This document shows positions 56,397 through 64,000 of a DNA stretch of 64,000 bases, in pieces. The translations under genes were made by a program, and so were the position numbers. This stretch comes from Bdellovibrionales bacterium (GTDB lineage Bacteria; Bdellovibrionota; Bdellovibrionia; Bdellovibrionales; JAGQZY01). Under the pieces are notes generated by a model, which worked only from the letters and a program-made list of their open reading frames with translations, was not told the origin of the DNA and ran no database searches. How positions within the stretch are numbered: position 1 is the stretch's first letter; the number at the start of each line of letters is the position of its first letter. The DNA lies in contig CAXRHT010000003.1 of the NCBI GenBank assembly GCA_964230645.1, positions 160,001-224,000 on the forward strand, read 5' to 3'.

Positions 56397-57203
56397 TCAG
56401 TGCTCGGGATCAAACTTAATTCTTAACCCTTCTCCGATGAGGTTAATACCAATGACTAATAAAAAGAGTGCGAGGCCGGGAAAAAGGCTCAAGTAGGGAG
56501 CTTCTAAAAGATAGTTTCTTCCAGAGTTTAGCATCGATCCCCATGAAGGCGTTGATGGGGGCACTCCCACACCAAGAAAACTCAAACTTGATTCTATAAG
56601 AACGACGGAGGCTAGAGTGAATGTGCCTTGAACGAGAAGGGCGCCCAAAAGATTAGGCCAAATATAAAAATACAAAATGCGTAAAGAACCAGCGCCCGTC
56701 GCCTTCGAATTAAGAACAAACTCTTTTTCTTTAAGGTGAAGGACCTCACCACGCACCAGCCTTGCAAAAGAGGCCCAGATCGTAAGGCTTAGAATAAAAA
56801 TTAGAGTTAAAATGGAGGAAGCTTGAAAAAAAGCCGCTAAAGCTAAAATGAGGAGAAATCCCGGGAATGCAAAAACAAAATCAACGAGAGCCATAATCCA
56901 TAGATCAAATCCTCCACCCAGCCAACCAGCAAGGGAGCCAAGAATCAGTCCAATGAAAAGGCCAATAAAAACCACAGAAATTGAGATAGTAAGACTGGTC
57001 TTTGCCCCCTGACCGAGAAGGGAAAGAACGTCGGCTCCCCTTTGATCCGTGCCCAGCCAATGGCTGGAGCTTGGGGGGTGGAGTCTTTGACTGAGGTTTA
57101 ATTCCGTTGAGTTTGGGCTGAATAAGAAATTCGAAGCAATAGCAAAAAGGATCAGAAATCCAACAATAAAAAGTCCTAAGGAGAAATTGCCGACTCTTTT
57201 CAT
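56397..57203 (-). CDS. Peptide ABC transporter permease (DppC/OppC)
   Basis: HWLGTDQRG, EAA-like EFVLNSKATGA, ESSLSFLG and PSWG. Confidence 0.9.
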   Translation of the reverse strand: MKRVGNFSLGLFIVGFLILFAIASNFLFSPNSTELNLSQRLHPPSSSHWLGTDQRGADVLSLLGQGAKTSLTISISVVFIGLFIGLILGSLAGWLGGGFDLWIMALVDFVFAFPGFLLILALAAFFQASSILTLIFILSLTIWASFARLVRGEVLHLKEKEFVLNSKATGAGSLRILYFYIWPNLLGALLVQGTFTLASVVLIESSLSFLGVGVPPSTPSWGSMLNSGRNYLLEAPYLSLFPGLALFLLVIGINLIGEGLRIKFDPEH

Positions 57204-58117
57204 TGTAGCTTTACCTTCGGATTAAAAAGTTGATAGCTAATGTCTGTGAGAAAGTTGACCGCTATATAAGTGATGGAGATAAAAAGCACACAACCCTGAA
57301 CCACTGGATAGTCTCGATTCTGAATGGACTCAAACAAAAGACGTCCAAGGCCTGGCCAATCAAAAATGGTCTCTACAATCACGGTTCCAGTAAGAAGTGA
57401 GCCTAAAATCATTCCGATAATTGTTAGTAGTGGGAAAATGGCATTGCTTAGTCCGTGAACATAATAAATAAAAAAAGAGGACTGTCCTTTGGCGCGTACT
57501 GAACGGATGTAATCTTGATTGAGTTCGTTAAGCATAGAGGTGCGAGTCATTTGCATAATTAAAGCAAGGATACCTGAAGATAACGTGAGCACCGGTAAAA
57601 TAAGGTGACCCCAGGTCCCTTTTTCGCTTACCGGGAGCCAATTAAGTTGAATGGAAAAAAGATAAATTAAAAGGGGCGCTAACCAAAAAGAAGGGAGGGA
57701 TAGACCAGCCAATGACTGTGCCCTTAGAAAGTGATCCCAGAATTTCCCCTTCTTTTGCGCGGAGAATACACCCAGAGGAATACCAATCAGGCAGGAAAAG
57801 AGCAAAGTAAAAAAGCTAAGCTCTAAGGTGGCCGGTAAACGGTCCATAATGAGCTGACTAACAGAGCGTTTTGAAAAAAGGGAATGACCTAGGTGAAAAT
57901 TAAGTAAATTTTGGAGGTAAATTTTAAATTGCGTAAAAAGAGGAAGATTGAGGTTAAGCTCTTTTTCCAATGCCACTTTATCGGCAAGCTCGGCAGAGTC
58001 CCCCAGCATTATGTCGACGGGGTCACCGGGTATCATATGGATCAAGAAAAAACTAAAAGTGACAACGGCACATATAACAAAGAAAGAATATCTGAGTTTT
58101 ATAAGAAAAAAACTCAT
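57200..58117 (-). CDS. Peptide ABC transporter permease (DppB/OppB)
   Basis: PGDPV, RLPATLEL, DYIRSVRAKG, ETIFDWPGLG and RDYPVVQ. Confidence 0.92.
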   Translation of the reverse strand: MSFFLIKLRYSFFVICAVVTFSFFLIHMIPGDPVDIMLGDSAELADKVALEKELNLNLPLFTQFKIYLQNLLNFHLGHSLFSKRSVSQLIMDRLPATLELSFFTLLFSCLIGIPLGVFSAQKKGKFWDHFLRAQSLAGLSLPSFWLAPLLIYLFSIQLNWLPVSEKGTWGHLILPVLTLSSGILALIMQMTRTSMLNELNQDYIRSVRAKGQSSFFIYYVHGLSNAIFPLLTIIGMILGSLLTGTVIVETIFDWPGLGRLLFESIQNRDYPVVQGCVLFISITYIAVNFLTDISYQLFNPKVKLQ

Positions 58118-58944
58118 GGTCCTTTCTTTTTTGTTGTCCCGGAAGAACTGGAGGCGGAATTATTGTGCAATCGGTTTTTAGTGCCCTGAGGTACACCACC
58201 AAAAAGAAGAGATATATTTTTCTCATTAAACGGAATACTTGCAACAGCTTCGTCTTTAGTTTTAGTCATCTCTGCGGAAATATTTAGTGCGGGAGAAACG
58301 CTAATTAGCGACTCCCCCTGCGAGTCGATAAAGTTCACAAACTGGGTGCGCTTAAATGTATAGAGAACTTTAAAAACATCCACTCCCATTTTTTTTGTTT
58401 CCGAATCGACATAAACTTCGCCTGGAAAGGCTTTGCCGTCCTCCTCGGCGACAGCTCGAAACTTGTATTTTGCTCCAGGAGTGATTCCCTTTTCTCCTTG
58501 TAAAAGAAGGTAAATCAAAAAAGTCGAAAAGAAAGTTCCATCTTCGAGCTTAGTTTCGTAGACACGCAGTTTTCCATTTTCATTCACTTTAACTTGTAGG
58601 ACTGAGTTATCCCTTTTGTCCTCTCGAATATGGGCGTCAATAGTTTTGGCTTTCTTCCCCTGCAGACTTGTGTAGTTGTACTTAATGGGGTTTAGTTTTT
58701 CAGAGGAGTGAGCTTTTAAACTCTCCGAAATATTTCCACCTTTCACATTTGTCCTTAAATAGTAAGTGGAAATAAATTCTTTCTTTTTCGTATCGAGTTG
58801 GTAGCGTTGGATATAATATCCCACATGCTCCTCTGCGGACTTGATTTTATAGTAGGCTTCAAAAAGAGTCTTTGTCTCACTTTGAGACGGCACCGTAAAG
58901 AGCAAGACTAGTAGGACAAAAGACCAGAGACTTAAGTTTTTCAT
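58114..58944 (-). CDS. Hypothetical exported beta-rich protein
   Basis: Signal peptide. The stop overlaps the DppB start (ATGA). Confidence 0.72.
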   Translation of the reverse strand: MKNLSLWSFVLLVLLFTVPSQSETKTLFEAYYKIKSAEEHVGYYIQRYQLDTKKKEFISTYYLRTNVKGGNISESLKAHSSEKLNPIKYNYTSLQGKKAKTIDAHIREDKRDNSVLQVKVNENGKLRVYETKLEDGTFFSTFLIYLLLQGEKGITPGAKYKFRAVAEEDGKAFPGEVYVDSETKKMGVDVFKVLYTFKRTQFVNFIDSQGESLISVSPALNISAEMTKTKDEAVASIPFNEKNISLLFGGVPQGTKNRLHNNSASSSSGTTKKKGP

Positions 58945-59003
58945 ATCTAAATTTTCTCCATTGGATTTTCAAATGTCAAAGGCGAGTGATATTATATTAA
59001 GTA

Positions 59004-61154
59004 ATGGGGATTAAAAATAACCGTGGGCAAATGGCGATCTTCGTCGCTCTGTTTTTCCAAGTGATATTTATATTTTTTGCCATGGCGATCAATGTTGGCC
59101 TTGTCGTGCATGATAAGATCAATCTGCAATCCGCTGTCGATATGGCCGCCTACTACGGAGCGATGAAACAGGGAGAGGTTCTCAATCAGATCGCTCACAT
59201 TAATTATCAGATGAGACAGAACTACAAACTCTTTGCCTGGCGCCACCGAGTCTTGGGCACTCTAGGGAACCAGAATCATCCACTGAGTTATTGGAGCTGG
59301 AACGGTGGCAACCAAACCCTGTTTGATGATGAGGCGAGTTCTGCCAATGGCATCAAACCGACTGTTTGTGTTTTCCATTCGGTTTTCGCCGAGTCGGTAG
59401 CCCTTGACCCGGATGCCGCCTCAATTTGCAAGCAAGACGCTCTGACCATTCCTGCTGTTCCTTCGATTAGCGCTCCGTCGGGTCTTGTGCCGGGATCAAG
59501 TGCCCTACCAGGAACTTTCGATTTTATTCAGGACCAACTGGATAAATACTGTCTAGAGGCTGGAATTTTTAACTGGCTCTATGCGGCCCGAATTCTTGCC
59601 CACTTCCGAGTCGACGGGTTACATCGAAAGAAAATGCTATGGAAGCTGGCAGAGAACTTAACGGGTCCCAGCCCCATTGATTTAAAAGGTGAATCGATCG
59701 AACAAGGCGTTCGCAATACATTTGAAAAAAACCTTACCAATACAAATTTCGCCAGTATTAAAGGAGGCAGTGGACAGTTCTTTTTTGAGAACTCTTTAAG
59801 TAAAAGCCCCTGTGATAAAGTTAATTTTTGGTTACCTGAAATCCGCATTCGTCCCGTTGTTTATTACTCTGACTGGGACAATGACCCGGGAGGTGGTTGT
59901 CCTCCGGCAACCGCTGTTCCCAATGTTCAAGGTGCCACTCGTTCTCCCGCGTCTGTTGCGCAAGGACTCGATAATTTACCTTATGCTTTTTCTAAAGGTG
60001 GACCTTGGGATGCAAGACTTAACTCGGGATTAGTGCAAAGACTCATACCTCATTGGGCAGGAGAGCCAGGTGGTCCTACCAATCAGCCCACCCTCCATTC
60101 CTCGGTAGGCTTTGAGAAAAACCCATGGTGTATGATTTACTCCGGTGTGCAAGCTCAAACGACTGTGAGGAAGCCTTTTGATCCAACAGGTGCGGGTGTG
60201 GTTTTACAGGCTCGTGGTTTTGCTAAACCTTTTGGAGGACGTATAGGTCCCTGGTATGGGAAGACCTGGCAAAGGGGAGCGGCCCATTCAAAGGCTCAAT
60301 CGCGTAGTGAGCGTGTCGATCCACTTTTGCCCACTCGCGCGGTCACTGGTGGGCCAGCACCTTCATCGAACCCCAATGAAGAGGTCTCCAATTATTCAAG
60401 GTATCCGGGTGATCAATTTGGAGTCGGTTCGATGCAAGCGATGAGTGCAATGATCCAGCCGTTTATGACGACTATGAACCATTTCAATAAAGATATGGAT
60501 CCACCGTTGGCGATTGCTACCTATGATCACCTCGGAGGTACGCCGACACTTGGGAACACGAAAGACAGTTTAGCCAGAGAGGCTCAGGTGCAGGGCCGAT
60601 CGGGGGTGCTCTTTAATATTGATCCCAAGCAACGAAATTTTGAATTAGGTGCCGTGGCACCTGATGTCTTTGATGCTCTCTACTATTCCATCGAGCCAAA
60701 AAATTTCGAACTCTATTTTCATCCGCAAGCGACAAATGATGGAGCTAACTTTTCAGAGCCTGATCGAATATATGACTTTGGATCATCGGGCGACAATTAC
60801 AGCTATAAGACTTGGCAAGCTCCGGAGAACTTCAATGTGATTAATCAAATTGATGAGATTGTACCCAATGTCTATCAGCCTGATTACAATCATGTCATCA
60901 GAGACTGGCAGAACTTACTCACATCGTGGCACCAAAAGAGAATTGTAGATTACAGTTTTGACGATGCTCGATTCGGTGATTGTCAGGAGGTCGTTTCGAA
61001 GCCCCAATATCCCACAACAGGAAACTGTATTGTGGGGGGGCGCACAGGATATTCAGTTAAATTAATTTCCAATGATTATCTGAAATCCGGCGATCACTCC
61101 GTCGGTGGTGGTAGTGCGGGTGGGGGAAGTATCCTCAACCCACCTAGTTTTTAA
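59004..61154 (+). CDS. Tad/TadG-like (Flp pilus-associated) protein with a large extracellular domain
   Basis: Prepilin-like NNRG|QMAIFVALFF hydrophobic N-terminus and LQSAVDMAAYYGA Tad motif. Confidence 0.8.
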   Translation: MGIKNNRGQMAIFVALFFQVIFIFFAMAINVGLVVHDKINLQSAVDMAAYYGAMKQGEVLNQIAHINYQMRQNYKLFAWRHRVLGTLGNQNHPLSYWSWNGGNQTLFDDEASSANGIKPTVCVFHSVFAESVALDPDAASICKQDALTIPAVPSISAPSGLVPGSSALPGTFDFIQDQLDKYCLEAGIFNWLYAARILAHFRVDGLHRKKMLWKLAENLTGPSPIDLKGESIEQGVRNTFEKNLTNTNFASIKGGSGQFFFENSLSKSPCDKVNFWLPEIRIRPVVYYSDWDNDPGGGCPPATAVPNVQGATRSPASVAQGLDNLPYAFSKGGPWDARLNSGLVQRLIPHWAGEPGGPTNQPTLHSSVGFEKNPWCMIYSGVQAQTTVRKPFDPTGAGVVLQARGFAKPFGGRIGPWYGKTWQRGAAHSKAQSRSERVDPLLPTRAVTGGPAPSSNPNEEVSNYSRYPGDQFGVGSMQAMSAMIQPFMTTMNHFNKDMDPPLAIATYDHLGGTPTLGNTKDSLAREAQVQGRSGVLFNIDPKQRNFELGAVAPDVFDALYYSIEPKNFELYFHPQATNDGANFSEPDRIYDFGSSGDNYSYKTWQAPENFNVINQIDEIVPNVYQPDYNHVIRDWQNLLTSWHQKRIVDYSFDDARFGDCQEVVSKPQYPTTGNCIVGGRTGYSVKLISNDYLKSGDHSVGGGSAGGGSILNPPSF

Positions 61155-61171
61155 GGTGGGTATATCGTCTT

Positions 61172-61205
61172 AATGGTAGCGATTTGACGCAGTCTCGCTA
61201 CCATT
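61172..61205. terminator. Hairpin at a convergent junction (candidate terminator)
   Basis: 11-bp perfect arms AATGGTAGCGA/TCGCTACCATT. No strong U-tract. Confidence 0.5.
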
Positions 61206-61225
61206 GGGAAGCAGGTACCTTTGGG

Positions 61226-61828
61226 TTATTTGATTTTTGGTACCACGCCACAGGCAATTCTTTTTCCAGCAGCGCCTGAAGGTTGGCTCGTAAAATCGTC
61301 TTTTTTAGCATGTAAAACCATAGAACGGTTGATGACAGCTTTATCGCCTTCGGTGAGCTTCAAATGACTAAAAGTTTTATCAACTTTAATTTCACCATCG
61401 GAGTTAGAGAAATAGTTTCCGAGATCACCGGCGTGGTGTTTTTTGTCGGATAGAGCTCCGTGTTTCTCGTTATCTGGGTTGAAGTGCCCCCCAGCTCCTT
61501 TAGCTCCGTCTCCTTTACAGCTCCCTTTTTCATGAAAATGAAGAGCGTGTCCAGAGTTTGCATCCAAACCTTTTATGGTTCCCTTTAAGCGAAGCCCAGA
61601 ATCCGTTTCCGTTAAAGCAATGGTGCCGTTGGCTTTGGATTGGCTTTTGCTTTTCATAATAACAACAACAGAGGGCAGATCCGCTGATGTGTTTTTAGGT
61701 TGAGTCATATTGGTCGATTGAGACTTTTCCCCTTTATTCTTTTGGGTGCAACCGGCCGATAAAAAAGTACCAGCAAGTAAGAGAGAAAAAAAACAAATGT
61801 GAAGTTTTTTAAACATTCTGAAATTCAT
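61226..61828 (-). CDS. sodC: Cu/Zn superoxide dismutase, lipoprotein
   Basis: Lipobox SAGC, HALHFHE, GGHFNP, KHG, HAGDLGN, VLH and GKRIACG. Confidence 0.93.
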   Translation of the reverse strand: MNFRMFKKLHICFFSLLLAGTFLSAGCTQKNKGEKSQSTNMTQPKNTSADLPSVVVIMKSKSQSKANGTIALTETDSGLRLKGTIKGLDANSGHALHFHEKGSCKGDGAKGAGGHFNPDNEKHGALSDKKHHAGDLGNYFSNSDGEIKVDKTFSHLKLTEGDKAVINRSMVLHAKKDDFTSQPSGAAGKRIACGVVPKIK

Positions 61829-61900
61829 AGTTCATCCTTTCTCGCCAAGCGAGTTTAATACTCTCCAGTATTAAAATAAGAATGGATAGGACTCAAGGGC

Positions 61901-62929
61901 CTATGGGCTAACAATGTCACCAAGGCAGGCCACATTGAGGGAGACCTTCAGAAGTCCTAGTAAAAGGAATTGTACAACGGACTCATCGGCTTTTCTTTTT
62001 CTCTTTGAAACGTGGACCTGTGAAAAACCACCGCGGTTTTCATTTGTATTGCAGATCATTCCCTGCAAAATCGGTTCAGCAAGGCCGGCAGTAATTGAGC
62101 TACGCTTCTCGTTATCAAGCACTTCAACTTCAAGACCCGAGTAAAACATTTGTACTCGAGTTTCAACCAATGAGCTTTGTAAAAGAGAGCTTGATTTTGC
62201 TCTCTTTAATTTTCCCTTTAAGTTCAGCCCTTCCGTCGTTTGAAGATAAGTATTGATTTCGCCGAGATCGATCTCTGTCATCTCACTTTTCATTTTAACT
62301 TCTAGCGGTTTTTTAAGAAGAGTTGATTCAAGGTCGAGTTTTAATTCCCCTTTTCCAAAATAGCCTGTAGCCTTGGCAGCGAGCGTTCCCGATTGAACCG
62401 CTTCCCGATTAAAGGAAAGAATTTCGCCGTTGATGCTGTGAAAACTAAGCTTGCCTGGAGGGCGTTTTTCTTTTGGATCTAAATTTAAGTAATTAAACTT
62501 GGCATCCTTTAGTTTGATCGATCCCACTCGAAAAAAGGGGATGCCTTGCAAGTTTGTTTGCCCTTTCGAATCAGGCGGATCGTTTTTTTCACTTAACTCA
62601 ACAACAGCTCCAAGAACTTCGATTTCTTGAATGTTATACGAATTACTTGTCCAAGCTTTCCAGTCGGTTAAAATCCGAATGGACGGAACAGAAAAGGACC
62701 AGTGACTGAACTCTTTTTTACCCACTTTAATGGCAAGATCTTTGATTTCTATTTGGGGTTTTGAAAGCCCAACCAAATTGATATTGGAAAATGAAATTTT
62801 AAGTTCTTCAGACTCTATTTTCTCTATTTCATATCGGGCAAGGGTTGAGAGAATCTGCCCAGACGCTAAATAGGTGGTGAGTAAGAAAGCAAGAAAGACT
62901 AATAGCCCAATGAGAAGGTTTTTTTTCAT
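61901..62929 (-). CDS. AsmA/DUF748-like membrane-anchored protein
   Basis: N-terminal TM followed by repeated beta-groove-like strands. Confidence 0.6.
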   Translation of the reverse strand: MKKNLLIGLLVFLAFLLTTYLASGQILSTLARYEIEKIESEELKISFSNINLVGLSKPQIEIKDLAIKVGKKEFSHWSFSVPSIRILTDWKAWTSNSYNIQEIEVLGAVVELSEKNDPPDSKGQTNLQGIPFFRVGSIKLKDAKFNYLNLDPKEKRPPGKLSFHSINGEILSFNREAVQSGTLAAKATGYFGKGELKLDLESTLLKKPLEVKMKSEMTEIDLGEINTYLQTTEGLNLKGKLKRAKSSSLLQSSLVETRVQMFYSGLEVEVLDNEKRSSITAGLAEPILQGMICNTNENRGGFSQVHVSKRKRKADESVVQFLLLGLLKVSLNVACLGDIVSP

Positions 62930-63096
62930 GGAAAATCCATATCATAGGGGGCCTAAAAAGTAACAAAAAACGCGCATTTAGACCCAAAATGGACCTGAAT
63001 AATCAGAATCCACAGTCTCAAATCGAAACAAAGGGGTGCTGAAGAAATTACATCTTGGCTCAATTTTTGAACACTTATTGGGGGAAGGTTGTGACC

Positions 63097-63660
63097 ATGA
63101 ATTTTTTAAAGACGATACTCATTCTGATTTCCCTACTCCAAGCCGTTTCGGTTTTTGGTGCTCCAGAGCCAACGCCTGAAGAGGGACAAGGCACTGAAAT
63201 TGAGGCCATTGAGGAGGTCACCCCCTCTCTTATGGGGTTTCAGGAGTGGAAGTCTCGTCGGGTCCTTGAAGCCAAACAGAAATTGGTGGCCTTTAAAACC
63301 CCTGAAGAAGTTTCGGATAAAAATAACGCCGAGGAAAAGGTAGACTCTCAAAAAGACCAAGATGTGGAAAACCCTGTTGATAGTAGCGAGAGGGCTTCCG
63401 CGAAATTGGAAAGTGAACAAATTGGAGGCCTCAATCAGAAGGCTGAGAAGCTTCGCCAGCTCGAGTTTAATTTGGAGATCGCCCAAGGCCTGACCATCCA
63501 TGATTATTTTGCCCTTTATCTGAAGGATAAAACACGGCCGGAAATGGAGAGTGCCATTCAGAAACTCACCGCTTCGGAACTCTCCGAACTTCTCATGGCC
63601 TATCGAACCAGTCTTTACGGTCAACCCTTTGAAAAAAAGACCGGAGCCAACCTTAAGTAA
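63097..63660 (+). CDS. Hypothetical exported protein
   Basis: Signal peptide, FQEWKSRRVLEA helix and LTIHDYFALYL. Confidence 0.7.
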   Translation: MNFLKTILILISLLQAVSVFGAPEPTPEEGQGTEIEAIEEVTPSLMGFQEWKSRRVLEAKQKLVAFKTPEEVSDKNNAEEKVDSQKDQDVENPVDSSERASAKLESEQIGGLNQKAEKLRQLEFNLEIAQGLTIHDYFALYLKDKTRPEMESAIQKLTASELSELLMAYRTSLYGQPFEKKTGANLK

Positions 63661-63727
63661 TTCCAGACACTTAGCCTGATCATCAAAAAATCTAGGGCCA
63701 CAAATAAAAAATCTTAATATCCCTACC

Positions 63728-63755
63728 TTGACAGTTTATAGGAGGGGTCCATATT
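63728..63755 (+). promoter_or_regulatory. Candidate groES promoter
   Basis: TTGACA-N16-CATATT, which also resembles the sigma32 pattern CTTGA..CCATAT. No CIRCE seen. Confidence 0.5.
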
Positions 63756-63802
63756 GGCCCCATTGAGGACATATCGTCTTACTATTATAAGGAGGAAACA
63801 CA

Positions 63803-64000
63803 ATGACTGATGTAAATATCCGTCCCCTTCATGATCGCATTCTCGTACGTCGAATGAAGGAAGAAGAAAAAACGGCTGGTGGAATCATTATCCCTGACAC
63901 TGCTAAAGAAAAACCCCAAAAGGGAGAGGTTGTAGCGACTGGAAACGGCCGAGTGACTGATGATGGTAAAACTCGTCCAATGGAAGTTAAAAAAGGCGAC
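63803..64000 (+). CDS. groES: Co-chaperonin GroES, 3'-truncated by the window edge
   Basis: [15 protein letters not shown]...[25 protein letters not shown] with AAGGAGG SD. Confidence 0.96.
   Translation, partial: MTDVNIRPLHDRILVRRMKEEEKTAGGIIIPDTAKEKPQKGEVVATGNGRVTDDGKTRPMEVKKGD

Noticed and set aside
63661..63802. CIRCE element before groES
   Set aside because: No TTAGCACTC-N9-GAGTGCTAA match.
1..64000. The many 60-160 aa ORFs nested in or antisense to confident genes; also tRNA/rRNA, prophage, IS and defence systems
   Set aside because: The nested ORFs have no motifs or SD and are shadows of real genes. No cloverleaf, rRNA, integrase, transposase, nuclease or defence signatures were recognised by eye.

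Overview
A gene-dense, mostly housekeeping chromosomal window. It is most likely from a Bdellovibrionota (Bdellovibrionales-like) bacterium. That is inferred from the FQNC-type lipoprotein, the PilT and Tad genes, the secreted S1/S8 proteases, the BamD/TPR neighbourhoods, and an rpsB-tsf-pyrH-frr-uppS-cdsA-rseP cluster with no dxr. About 60 CDSs can be supported: asnS, a three-gene acyl-CoA carboxylase, nucleoside salvage genes, pilT, RNase G, rplU-rpmA-obgE-nadD/rsfS-rlmH, rimO, an AstC-like/M20/AstD-mltG operon, the rpsB cluster, priA, galU, a BtuB-like receptor, nagZ with peptide ABC permeases, a Tad-domain protein, sodC and a partial groES. Non-coding features are a compact cobalamin riboswitch, the rpsB (t44/S2) leader and several terminators. 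I saw no tRNA, rRNA, CRISPR array, transposase, prophage or defence system. The most notable observations are: (1) a ~200-nt GC-rich near-palindrome at a convergent gene junction, with strong local G>C skew beside it; (2) two small ORFs missing from the ORF track, a 43-aa very basic protein and a 23-aa hydrophobic peptide; (3) a NadD-RsfS fusion; (4) L21 with a histone-H1-like KKKxx tail; (5) two perfect inverted DnaA boxes between nucleoside phosphorylase genes; (6) many apparently leaderless genes; (7) an incomplete Ast-like pathway whose M20 enzyme has an altered metal site. All calls come from reading motifs by eye; no database search was run.
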